Origin: a virus
Virus record (IMG/VR): IMGVR_UViG_3300014835_000095
Length of the DNA: 64,000 nt
Reading direction: 5' to 3' (one strand)
The notes under the pieces are model-generated. The model made no database searches, was not told the origin of the DNA, and saw only the letters and a program-made list of their open reading frames with translations. Position numbers and translations under genes: made by a program. Positions 38,538 to 47,775 of this stretch are shown here, piece by piece (within the stretch, counting starts at the first letter, position 1; each line of letters begins with the position of its first letter).

Positions 38538-39470
38538 TTAAAAAAACGAATCTAAATTTGATATTTCTTCTAGATTCCAGCCAATTGGCTCAATAATTCC
38601 TCCTAGCGCATCCAAGAACACTTTTTCAAATTGAAAATCCCAGTCTACATATTTGTGCAATCCAAATTCTGGTGGTAGAACGGATGGAAAAGCAATAACA
38701 TTTTCTTTAATTGTATTGGGTTTCTTTAAATATATGAATTTAATCTTATCGCCAGAATTGATCGGTTGATACTTATTAGTAAGACATAGCTCTGTTATTA
38801 GATGGTTATATAATAGAGCACCTCTAACGTGTATGGGGCACCCTTTGGAGTAAATTGTAGCATTGCTCTGGTATTTCTCCATACCGTTAACACCGCGTGG
38901 AAATGCAATATCTTCAACTGGTATTTTTTTAAATTCTTCTCTAGCATCATCAATAAATGCAATTAGATCTGGATTCGTCTTATCAAAAATAACATCAATA
39001 GAAGATTTCAATTTATCTCTAATAACTGCGGGGGTGGATGATTTTACAATTTCCAACCCCATGATTTTATACTTGGGTTGGTCATATTGCACACCTTCAG
39101 AATTGTGGACTCTTAGTATGTATCGCTTTTTCACTGCTGGAAACAGTCCTTTGGAGCATAAGACCTCTCGCTTCATAGACATAAGCTGTTGATATGATTG
39201 CAGATAATCTGCCAATTCCTCATAAGACTTTTTGATGAATGGTGTTAATATTTTTTCACTAAAGGTATCCATAAAGGCAATCTTTTCATCCACAGACTTA
39301 TCTTTTTGTGTAGATTCTATTAAATTCTCTAATGTCAAATACACAGAATTGTGAACACATATATCATTGCCAAAGAAATTGTGAGTATCTTCTACCTCAA
39401 TATCATAAACAAACTGTTCTTGGATGCCCAAATCTGTAACCTCAAATACATCACTAAATTCTAAATTCAT
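38538..39470 (-). CDS. 43: gp43 DNA polymerase fragment 3 (41-aa IntC plus palm/thumb)
   Basis: YDIEV..HNFFGNDICVHN|SVYL; KKRYIL; KIMGLE; CPIHVRGAL. Confidence 0.95.
   Translation of the reverse strand: MNLEFSDVFEVTDLGIQEQFVYDIEVEDTHNFFGNDICVHNSVYLTLENLIESTQKDKSVDEKIAFMDTFSEKILTPFIKKSYEELADYLQSYQQLMSMKREVLCSKGLFPAVKKRYILRVHNSEGVQYDQPKYKIMGLEIVKSSTPAVIRDKLKSSIDVIFDKTNPDLIAFIDDAREEFKKIPVEDIAFPRGVNGMEKYQSNATIYSKGCPIHVRGALLYNHLITELCLTNKYQPINSGDKIKFIYLKKPNTIKENVIAFPSVLPPEFGLHKYVDWDFQFEKVFLDALGGIIEPIGWNLEEISNLDSFF
39348..39470 (-). mobile_element. Split intein C half (gp43)
   Basis: Blocks F/G ending VHN; Ser at +1. Confidence 0.9.
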
Positions 39471-39527
39471 ATAATATCCTATATAGGTATAGCTACTTTT
39501 GATTTTAAGTCAAAAGTAGCTATAAAA

Positions 39528-39713
39528 TTATTTCATCTCATTAAGAACTAAATCCATTCCCACAATTCTAGCAAAAACAAAAGCATCCTTTCTAGAATTA
39601 AAACTGGCACTAACAATCTCTTCACCAATTAGATTGACAATATGGTATTGGAGTTTTTGATTAACCAGACACATTGATAAAATACCAGATGGTACTGCAT
39701 TAAAATTATACAT
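39528..39713 (-). CDS. Hypothetical protein between intein halves
   Basis: ORF track. Confidence 0.45.
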   Translation of the reverse strand: MYNFNAVPSGILSMCLVNQKLQYHIVNLIGEEIVSASFNSRKDAFVFARIVGMDLVLNEMK

Positions 39714-39727
39714 CTTAATCTCTCTAT

Positions 39728-39958
39728 TCAGATTAACTTATGCTTTGAGCCATCTTGACAAATAACTGATATATGATTTGTACTTGGTCCAGACATATTG
39801 ATAATCGTGACATTTGACGTACCACCACCATTTTCACATTCTTTGTTAATAGCTTGTGAAATGACATTTACTTCATACGGATTGAGCGATAATACTTGAA
39901 TAAGAGATGTTATAATTACTATAGATGTTAATGCAAATGCTAATAATATTGTTTTCAT
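39728..39958 (-). CDS. Small exported/membrane protein between intein halves
   Basis: Signal-like N-terminus; two Cys. Confidence 0.6.
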   Translation of the reverse strand: MKTILLAFALTSIVIITSLIQVLSLNPYEVNVISQAINKECENGGGTSNVTIINMSGPSTNHISVICQDGSKHKLI

Positions 39959-40434
39959 TTAGTGCCCATTTTGAGTAAGGTATTGATAGAAACCATAAAC
40001 ACATTATTGGTTAATTCTGGATCCATTCTTACACCTTCAGCGATTTTAATAGATAAAATAATAGATGTTTTATAAGAAGGGTTATACAAATTTACCGCCA
40101 AATTGAATTCTTTATTGTACATAATTTTAGAAAAATGACTATAAACAGATTTGATGGGTAAATTATCATAAGGTTTAAAACCAACCCGACTTAATTTTGT
40201 GTTAATATCTGTGGTATCTTCCAAAAAGATATTCTGTTGGAATTGCAATACCTCTAATTCCAACATTTTAATAATCACATCACCATGATCTAAATTTCTC
40301 ATAGTCCAAATTTTAATAAATCTATTTTTTTCAAAATGGTTATTAATAGAAGTAAATATTCTCAAAGGGGACATATTGTTGACTTGTGTTGAAATTATTT
40401 TTTTAGTCATTGCATTGATAGAAAATGTATTCAT
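39955..40434 (-). CDS. Hypothetical protein between intein halves
   Basis: ORF track; behind a promoter at about 40471-40499. Confidence 0.6.
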   Translation of the reverse strand: MNTFSINAMTKKIISTQVNNMSPLRIFTSINNHFEKNRFIKIWTMRNLDHGDVIIKMLELEVLQFQQNIFLEDTTDINTKLSRVGFKPYDNLPIKSVYSHFSKIMYNKEFNLAVNLYNPSYKTSIILSIKIAEGVRMDPELTNNVFMVSINTLLKMGTK

Positions 40435-40499
40435 GTTTATTGTCTCTATGTGATTAAAGTAAATAGAATTGTATTGTCATCCTCAGCTCAAGTCAATAA

Positions 40500-40877
40500 T
40501 TAAATGTCTAATCCCCTGACGGCACGAACAAAGTACGCAATAGTCTTATTGTGGCCGCTCTGGGCGCCATTGCGGAAATTCTGGTACCAAGCATTGGTAG
40601 CAGTAAACTCCGTACTAGACCAGTAATTGGCCGCAGTGAATTCCTTTCTAATTTCATTATTCAGGTATGCTTCCGAAAGAATATTTCTTGGTGGTAGTTC
40701 ACCTCCGACAGTTTGACACCATTCAATTGCAGCATCCCAATCCACCATTTCTGGTGCTTCTGGCCCCAATATCCACCGGTATCCATTTAATTCGCAGATA
40801 ACTGGAGCAGTAGCCCAATCATATGATTGATTTGTTAAAGCATCAATTTGTTGTTGTATTTGTTCACATTTAGTCAT
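40500..40877 (-). CDS. DUF1566/CLec-fold protein, candidate DGR target (paralog 2)
   Basis: YWSSTEF..AW..F..G..K..VRAV; high identity to 9614..9970. Confidence 0.85.
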   Translation of the reverse strand: MTKCEQIQQQIDALTNQSYDWATAPVICELNGYRWILGPEAPEMVDWDAAIEWCQTVGGELPPRNILSEAYLNNEIRKEFTAANYWSSTEFTATNAWYQNFRNGAQSGHNKTIAYFVRAVRGLDI

Positions 40878-40950
40878 AATATTTCTCTTTAAGAGTTAAG
40901 GTAAGCATCAATTGTACTACCATCCTTGGCTAAGGTCAACTATTTTAACA

Positions 40951-41640
40951 TCATTGTGGAAAATTCTTACTATCAACTCCCACTAGATCATTTATTGATA
41001 TGAGACAATGTATTTTGGAATCTAATAATCCAGGCTTAATTGATTCTATCTCACATGTAAGTTTATTCTGCACTATAACAGAGTGATCTTCTGTTACAAT
41101 AACCTCTTTACCCTGGGTTTTTATTGAAAACATTCGCTTATTGACTTTATGTTTCATCACATATTTAATATTAGAATCTACCAATTCACTATCGGCATTT
41201 ACAGAATTTGTTTTACCGTGAGATAATTTAACCATATTATCATGATCATTCTTTATAAAGAAGTCAGGCATTGAATCATAATAATCAGATATAGAAATTT
41301 TATTTCCATTTACTGTAATAATAGTGCTACCGATGACTGAATCGGTATCTGAAGCAATCACGTAATCTTTATTTTTAGTTTTGAGTGCTAGATTAAGATA
41401 ATTATTTAATTTATTAGCAATCCACCTAATCGCTAATTGACCTGTTGTAGTGATAGATTCAGCCATCCTTAGATCATAATATCTAAAATGTGTGCTGCCC
41501 AAAATGCCATAGCAAGAATTAAGTGCGATTTTTTTCCCCATTTGAAGATTGTCGAGTCTAGAAATCTCTTTTACTAAAAACACCTTGTGTTTAAGTAAAT
41601 CATCATCGGACATCATTTGTATATCAAGACCCATAATCAT
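40951..41640 (-). CDS. 43: gp43 DNA polymerase fragment 2 (motif B plus IntN)
   Basis: KIALNSCYG, ITTTGQ, ASDTD|SVIGST. Confidence 0.95.
   Translation of the reverse strand: MIMGLDIQMMSDDDLLKHKVFLVKEISRLDNLQMGKKIALNSCYGILGSTHFRYYDLRMAESITTTGQLAIRWIANKLNNYLNLALKTKNKDYVIASDTDSVIGSTIITVNGNKISISDYYDSMPDFFIKNDHDNMVKLSHGKTNSVNADSELVDSNIKYVMKHKVNKRMFSIKTQGKEVIVTEDHSVIVQNKLTCEIESIKPGLLDSKIHCLISINDLVGVDSKNFPQ
40954..41340 (-). mobile_element. Split intein N half, 129 aa, Ser1 (gp43)
   Basis: SVIGSTII; block B VTEDHSV; inserted in the DTD|S motif. Confidence 0.9.
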
Positions 41641-43262
41641 AATCCTCGTTTTTTAATTTCATTCTTAACTAGCTCGTATTCTTGTTCACATTTTAGCATC
41701 TGCTTTTTATCAACTGTACGACTTACATATAATGTCTCCATCAATTCTGGAAGAAACCCTTGTTTGTCTTTTCTGTAGCACCAACCGTTTGCAGTAATTG
41801 ATAGATCTGTTTTAGGTAAAGGATCTTTATTTAATAACGTATCTAAAGTGATATTTAACTTAGTTGTTGAAATAGTTTCGGGACTTATGTTGCATTGTCT
41901 GATTAAAGATGGGTAGAGTGATGCCAAATCAAACGATGCTACCCATTGATGCATACCTGCCAGGGGTTCTTTTACATATGCACCTATGAATTGCTCACCT
42001 TTCTGTTGATGTTTGCTATTAGGGATAACAATATGTTTTTTAAGTAAATTATTATATATGATAGAATCCCACAATTTAACTGGACTTAGAGCATCATTAT
42101 AATTCAATTTCCCCATGTATGCCATCGTCAAATGTAAATTTATCAGCTTTAATTTATCGTCAAGTTTAGTAATAAGTTCAACATCCATTCTATTATATAA
42201 AGTATATTCATTCCATGCTGATTGTCTTAGTGATTTATCTAACTCCTCATATTCTCCCATTCGTACAGAATCTAAATATGGGATATCTTTTTTAAGTTGT
42301 GTTCTCCTAAATCCGAGTTTATTGTGGTCTGTTGGGTTCTCGCCAAGATCTAATACATCATAAACACCTGTACAATATTCTCTAAAAGTAGTTCCGTGGG
42401 TGTGTTCTAATTTGGATTCCCCTAATTCTATAGCACCAATATTGCCTAAGCTATAACTTTCTCTATTTTTATAAGTATATTTTTTATAAAGGACTAGGTA
42501 ATCTAATGAACTAATGCCTATAATTTTATACATCTGTTCTTCTTTGCCTTGGACGTTGATATTCTGCTCATCAACAAAACCCCAAGGAGACAATCTCTTA
42601 TAAGCATCTCCTAACACATGTTTGATTCTATTTACAATGTATGGAATATCAAATGTGTCACTATTATATCCAACAACAATATCCGGATAATCATATTGCC
42701 AAAATAGTAAAAATTTATTTAATAACTCTTTTTCATCTACACATTGCACATAATCTTCTTGATATTTTCCTGTATAAGGTCTAGATCCAAATGTTGTTAT
42801 TTTATTAGATGTTTTATCTTGTAGAGTAATAAGAACAATTTCATCCCTAGCAAATTTGGGATCAGGAAAAACACCAGATTCTGATACTAAAAGTTCTATG
42901 TCTAATGTTAGGATTTTAATCAAATCAGAATCATATAATACATCGTCTTTGTAGTTTTCAGAAATATATTGTAGGGCATAATTAGATTGTCCAAAGATAT
43001 TGAAATCTTGAACACCTTCATAGGTTTTAATAAAAGCTTTTGCATCATCAATTCCCCCAGGTTTGATTGGATATGCTGGTATATCATCTAAGGTCCTCCA
43101 TGGAGTTTCTGTATTTGGAGTTTTTTGGTTAGTTGTAAATAGTGTGGGCTTAAATGGTATTTTAGATCTTTGCGGTTGACCGTTTACTATTTCACGCACT
43201 AGGAGGTTATCCCCCCGTCGAATTACCGATGTGTAGAAATTCTTTGACATTGTATTCTCCAA
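41637..43262 (-). CDS. 43: gp43 DNA polymerase fragment 1 (N-terminal, 3'-5' exonuclease, motif A)
   Basis: LDIE, YNSDTFDIPY, YNRMDV, SFDLASLYPS; ends in the fingers helix. Confidence 0.95.
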   Translation of the reverse strand: MENTMSKNFYTSVIRRGDNLLVREIVNGQPQRSKIPFKPTLFTTNQKTPNTETPWRTLDDIPAYPIKPGGIDDAKAFIKTYEGVQDFNIFGQSNYALQYISENYKDDVLYDSDLIKILTLDIELLVSESGVFPDPKFARDEIVLITLQDKTSNKITTFGSRPYTGKYQEDYVQCVDEKELLNKFLLFWQYDYPDIVVGYNSDTFDIPYIVNRIKHVLGDAYKRLSPWGFVDEQNINVQGKEEQMYKIIGISSLDYLVLYKKYTYKNRESYSLGNIGAIELGESKLEHTHGTTFREYCTGVYDVLDLGENPTDHNKLGFRRTQLKKDIPYLDSVRMGEYEELDKSLRQSAWNEYTLYNRMDVELITKLDDKLKLINLHLTMAYMGKLNYNDALSPVKLWDSIIYNNLLKKHIVIPNSKHQQKGEQFIGAYVKEPLAGMHQWVASFDLASLYPSLIRQCNISPETISTTKLNITLDTLLNKDPLPKTDLSITANGWCYRKDKQGFLPELMETLYVSRTVDKKQMLKCEQEYELVKNEIKKRGL

Positions 43263-43282
43263 TTAAATAAATATTATAACAA

Positions 43283-43852
43283 TTAATCTGGTTCTTTAAA
43301 ATATAATAATTGTAGTGAATCTAAAATACAGTCACAAATTGGGTCATGTTTTATTATTTGATTGGGATTAAAGCCTGGGAGGTATATTGGACAATAACCA
43401 TTGTTAGAATTTTCAGCCAATATTGTAATGGCAGTTCTTACATCCATAAATTGATTATATTTAACTAAATATGGGATGTCTACACTGTTGCATAATGACT
43501 CAATACACATTTGATCTAGAGATCCACGAGTCCACAAAATCTTTCTAGGGCTAGGGTCTATATCAAGAAACCCTCTAAGTAGTTCAATGCCTTCAATAGC
43601 AGACACATCTTTTGCAGAAGGGTTTAAGTTTAGGGTTTTTGCAAAATCGTTTTGTTTTTTCCACCATTCTAACGTCGATTGTCCAATAGTCCGTTTATAT
43701 TTTTGAATCTGCTCTTTAGCATCAAATTTAACAAAGATTGAATTTCTTTTTAAATCATCAAAATTCATACCCTCATCAAAATATACCATTGCAGCAGATA
43801 ATATCACAGCGGTTGATTCCACATCCAGGGTTTCTATATCAAATAAAATCAT
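43283..43852 (-). CDS. DEDDh 3'-5' exonuclease (DexA-like)
   Basis: FDIETL, WTRGSLD, DVRT, HDPICD. Confidence 0.8.
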   Translation of the reverse strand: MILFDIETLDVESTAVILSAAMVYFDEGMNFDDLKRNSIFVKFDAKEQIQKYKRTIGQSTLEWWKKQNDFAKTLNLNPSAKDVSAIEGIELLRGFLDIDPSPRKILWTRGSLDQMCIESLCNSVDIPYLVKYNQFMDVRTAITILAENSNNGYCPIYLPGFNPNQIIKHDPICDCILDSLQLLYFKEPD

Positions 43853-43961
43853 AAATTAGCCTTAAATTGAAATTAAAACAATATTATACTATATGATATC
43901 GGCAATGTCAAATATTAAAAATGCTGAGACCGTATAAAGCTATAGGGTCTCAGCAGATATA

Positions 43962-44267
43962 TTATAAGATGATTTTAGAGGATGGGACTTGAATTAGAGG
44001 TGTTTCGGTGAACCTGGACTGGTATTCATCGGCCAAGTCTATAGCAGGGGTACCATAAGCAGCTATAGCATTTTTATTGATTGTAATTACGCCTTCAATG
44101 TACGGAAGCATCGCCATAATCATCATTCCGATTTTCCCTTCAGAATTTTCTTGCATAGCAATTTGTGCTGGGTTTTTACATTCATAGTGGAATTCACAAT
44201 CTGTTGTAATCTCAGAAATAACCTCTTCACCTGAAATCAACTTTAGTACCATAATTTTATTTTTCAT
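43962..44267 (-). CDS. Conserved T4-like hypothetical protein
   Basis: LKLISGEEVIS...SSKIIL. Confidence 0.7.
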   Translation of the reverse strand: MKNKIMVLKLISGEEVISEITTDCEFHYECKNPAQIAMQENSEGKIGMMIMAMLPYIEGVITINKNAIAAYGTPAIDLADEYQSRFTETPLIQVPSSKIIL

Positions 44268-44581
44268 ATAATCCTCTTGATTAACCTAATAATATTTCAA
44301 CATCATTTATTTTATGAGATTCTTTTGTATCTTGTAAACTCCTTTGATTTTTAATTTTAGTCACTAACCCTGAAATATCTTTAAAGGGTTGCCCTTCTAA
44401 TACATCTAACAGATGATCATATTCCGCATCTTCTAATTCAAATGACATGATAATACCTATTCTAATTTTTCATTATTTTTTGTGTGAGATGTCCATCATT
44501 CAGGATGGGATTGACTTGCATGTATTACTTTAATTTATGTTTTGATCAAACGGCTATTTTGATAATGATGCAATAGTCAAA

Positions 44582-45049
44582 TTAAGTATCAATTTTATAT
44601 GTTTCACAATTATCCCAGGTTTTTTTAAGACCTAGTTGATATTTAGCAACCAAAGACCATTTAAATTTATCTTTATATGCGATAATTTTAATATTATTTA
44701 AAGATACTCGTTCAATATGGTTATCAGGCTGTAAAATTGTTAATAATTTCCACTCTTGTAATAGGTTAGCAATAGTATTTCTTCTTGATATATCATCAGA
44801 GGTAAGTGTTGATGCTCTACCGTCTAAATTGAAAATCTCTTTGAAATGTACTATATAATATTTCCCCTTTTTGTGTAGAATATTACAACTTTGGTATAGA
44901 GTATCATTCTTTTTAGAAGCAACACCAATCCTTGTCAATGTTTCTTTTATTTTTAAGAAATTATCCGGTTCTGGAATACTAATCTCTAACATAGATTCGA
45001 TTGACCAACCTATCAATAAATCAGAAACACTGCCCTTTTTATTATCCAT
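44582..45049 (-). CDS. regA: Translational repressor RegA (start may be internal)
   Basis: FLKIKETLTRIGVAS, LYQSCNILHK, YYIVHFKE, RRNTIA. Confidence 0.95.
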   Translation of the reverse strand: MDNKKGSVSDLLIGWSIESMLEISIPEPDNFLKIKETLTRIGVASKKNDTLYQSCNILHKKGKYYIVHFKEIFNLDGRASTLTSDDISRRNTIANLLQEWKLLTILQPDNHIERVSLNNIKIIAYKDKFKWSLVAKYQLGLKKTWDNCETYKIDT

Positions 45050-45157
45050 GTAAATACCTATTTTATATTATATTGTCAATAGGATGATGCTATCCTATAA
45101 TAAAGTATTATCTAACCTATTCATAGATAATACTGTATTTAGTTGACAATATAATTA

Positions 45158-45538
45158 CTATTTACCTCCTTTAAACTGACTTTTTTTAATGAATTCTATT
45201 TGTTCTATTGATAATAAATCAATAATTTCCAACACCTTTTGTCTTGGATACTTATAATACTCCATAAGTAATTCAACATCAGGATTGTCTATTTTCTTAT
45301 CCCATTTAGAATACCTCTTCTTCTTAGTAATAGCATTAACATAATACTCAAATTGCATTTTTTTTGGTAGATTGTCATTTCTATCCATTTCTGACGCATG
45401 GAATACTGTATCAATAAAGTATGATAGATTACGATTAATTATAAAAGCATTATAATCCTTTTCTGCGGTATCTCCATCAAATAAATTCTCCTTAGAAAAT
45501 GATATAGCTTTTACAAAATCAAAAGGTGAGAGTGCCAC
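45158..45538 (-). CDS. 62: Clamp loader small subunit gp62
   Basis: YNAFIINRNLSYFIDT..A.EMD; position. Confidence 0.9.
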   Translation of the reverse strand: MALSPFDFVKAISFSKENLFDGDTAEKDYNAFIINRNLSYFIDTVFHASEMDRNDNLPKKMQFEYYVNAITKKKRYSKWDKKIDNPDVELLMEYYKYPRQKVLEIIDLLSIEQIEFIKKSQFKGGK

Positions 45539-45548
45539 AATACACCTC

Positions 45549-46505
45549 CTATATGAATTTAGAAGAAATCATAATTTCAACAAGGCATGCCGTATTATTG
45601 ATTTCCTGATCCACACTAAATGCGGATTTATATCCATATTCAGCTAGCGTTAGAACCAAGTCTGGGATACTACCCAACTCAATATACGTAATAGCTTTAT
45701 CGTAGATCTTTCTATATAACTCTGCCGATTCAATATCTGAATTTTGTGTAACCCATTTACGCACATCTGTAAAATTCTTTTCTTTTAAATATTTAAACAG
45801 TACATTAATATTATCTTCGGATGTAGATACTAATACACTAGTTTCAAGCTTACCTGATCCAGAATATCTTTGTAATTCATTGATAACCCGTCTATAATCT
45901 GGAAAATATTTAGTGATAATTTCAGCAACAACTTTAGGATCAAATTCAATATTCTCGTTTTTAAGGATACCTATAGCACGTTTGAAAAAGGTGGCCGCCA
46001 TTATCTGTCTATCTTTATTGTCAATCTTAAAATCAATACAGGAGCATCTAGAATGTAGTGGTTCAATAATTCTTGCTTTATAATTGCATGTCAATATAAA
46101 TGAACAATTTGCTGAAAACTCCTCAATAAACGCACGAAGTGCTGGCTGTACACTTTGGGCATTCATAAAATCAGATTCATCAATTATCACAACTTTTTTT
46201 GCATCAGTTAATGAAATAGTAGATGCAAATTGTCTAATAGTAGATCGCAATGTTTCAATATGTCTTCCAGCATCGGAACCATTCAATAATAAATATTCCG
46301 CACCAATTTCATTGCATAAAGATAAACTGATTGTGGTTTTTCCTGTTCCAGCAGTTCCAGATAATAACAAATGAGAGATGCGACCTTCTTTTACCATATC
46401 TCTAAATGAAGATTTGATTTGTTCAGGAAGCACACAATCTTCAATAGTTCTCGGTCTATATTTTTCTGTCCAAATAAATTGATTTGGATATGTAACCATT
46501 GTCAT
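45549..46505 (-). CDS. 44: Clamp loader large subunit gp44
   Basis: WTEKYRP, GTAGTGKT, IIDESD, PLHSRC. Confidence 0.96.
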   Translation of the reverse strand: MTMVTYPNQFIWTEKYRPRTIEDCVLPEQIKSSFRDMVKEGRISHLLLSGTAGTGKTTISLSLCNEIGAEYLLLNGSDAGRHIETLRSTIRQFASTISLTDAKKVVIIDESDFMNAQSVQPALRAFIEEFSANCSFILTCNYKARIIEPLHSRCSCIDFKIDNKDRQIMAATFFKRAIGILKNENIEFDPKVVAEIITKYFPDYRRVINELQRYSGSGKLETSVLVSTSEDNINVLFKYLKEKNFTDVRKWVTQNSDIESAELYRKIYDKAITYIELGSIPDLVLTLAEYGYKSAFSVDQEINNTACLVEIMISSKFI

Positions 46506-46569
46506 AGTAATTCCTCAAATAATCATAATATAAGTAGAGCTGTAAATTAATACAGCTCTATATTTCTAA

Positions 46570-47229
46570 TTAGTTGAATGTAGAATCTGATTCTATTCCA
46601 ACAAAATATAAAAGGTTTTGTTCTTTAGCGGTAAATCTTGCAACCTTTCTAGGCGAGACATCTACCGTATATGTGTGCGGCATAAATTTGAACATATCCA
46701 CTTTAAATTTAATAACAAATTCTTTATCAGTTTCTCCCATATCTAATTCAAAAGCATTGCTTGTGCTATTCTTTTTATCAGATACTACTAATTTCAATTT
46801 ATTATCTTCTCCAACAAATGAAATATCTGGAACTCTTAAAATTGATGCTGTTTTATTAATAGATGCTAATGTATCTGATGACAATGTAAATGAAATATCC
46901 GCTTCTGGAAATTCAATTTCTTTCTGTGGATATGTAAGGACAGATTTATCTGCAGAAAAGTATTTAATAGATGTTCTACCTTCAGTAATCCGCACAAATG
47001 TATCATTGAATTCTAAATCAGGATTATTAAAAATACTAATAACACTTAGAAATTCTGGAAGATCATAGATGCCAAACTCAGATGGGAATGAATCTATAAC
47101 AGTTGCGGCGGCATAGATTGTATTCTGAATAGATTTAGTTTTAATTATTGACCCAGGAGCAATCAAAAGATTTGGGCTAATACTTGCAAAGTTTTTTAAA
47201 ATAGCTAATGTTGGTTTTGTAATAATCAT
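46570..47229 (-). CDS. 45: Sliding clamp gp45
   Basis: TLAILKNFASISPNL, FGIYDLPEFL; position. Confidence 0.93.
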   Translation of the reverse strand: MIITKPTLAILKNFASISPNLLIAPGSIIKTKSIQNTIYAAATVIDSFPSEFGIYDLPEFLSVISIFNNPDLEFNDTFVRITEGRTSIKYFSADKSVLTYPQKEIEFPEADISFTLSSDTLASINKTASILRVPDISFVGEDNKLKLVVSDKKNSTSNAFELDMGETDKEFVIKFKVDMFKFMPHTYTVDVSPRKVARFTAKEQNLLYFVGIESDSTFN

Positions 47230-47290
47230 AATATATCCTAGTAGTTAAAAATCAATTAAAGTAATATTGTACACTAATCATACACTTTTG

Positions 47291-47707
47291 TCAACCCTTT
47301 TTATTTTCTAAATCTTCTTCTAGGAGAAACATTAAGCAACATACAGCATGAGAAAGATGGTTCTTTCCAGTCTCATCGTCCAATATATCGCCATCTTTCC
47401 ACGATATCATGTGGCGCATTGCTGCTGCCCAATATCTATCATGTCTCCCCTCTACATAACGCCAATTATCTCTAGAATATTTTAGACTCCCATATGTCAG
47501 AACATCAACTACATCTTTTAACGATTTCAAAGGGATCAATGAATAGTCCGGTTTTTCAGAATCAAACTTCATACCTAATGGATCTTTTGAATTAAGAGAA
47601 ACCGTTTCTTCTGTAGTTGCAATATCAATTAATTTCAAATCTTCCAACATAGGATCAACTTTGATGGATAAATCTTGAGTAACATCTTTAGACATATATA
47701 TCTCCAT
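47291..47707 (-). CDS. dATP/dGTP diphosphohydrolase-like (DUF5664) protein
   Basis: GMKFDSEKPDYSLIP, YGSLKYSRDNW, AAMRH, DETGKNHLSHA. Confidence 0.8.
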   Translation of the reverse strand: MEIYMSKDVTQDLSIKVDPMLEDLKLIDIATTEETVSLNSKDPLGMKFDSEKPDYSLIPLKSLKDVVDVLTYGSLKYSRDNWRYVEGRHDRYWAAAMRHMISWKDGDILDDETGKNHLSHAVCCLMFLLEEDLENKKG

Positions 47708-47775
47708 AATTATTACAAGGGTTCTCTTTGTAGGTTACATTATAAGCTACAAAGAGATGAAAAGTCAATTTTTAT

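Noticed and set aside
9614-40877. Complete DGR in this window
   Set aside because: No reverse transcriptase, Avd or template repeat found; only candidate targets are reported
47291-47707. Diaminopurine (Z) genome system suggested by DUF5664, HD and MazG
   Set aside because: No purZ in the window; the HD protein has alarmone-hydrolase motifs; the deazaguanine cluster is a better explanation
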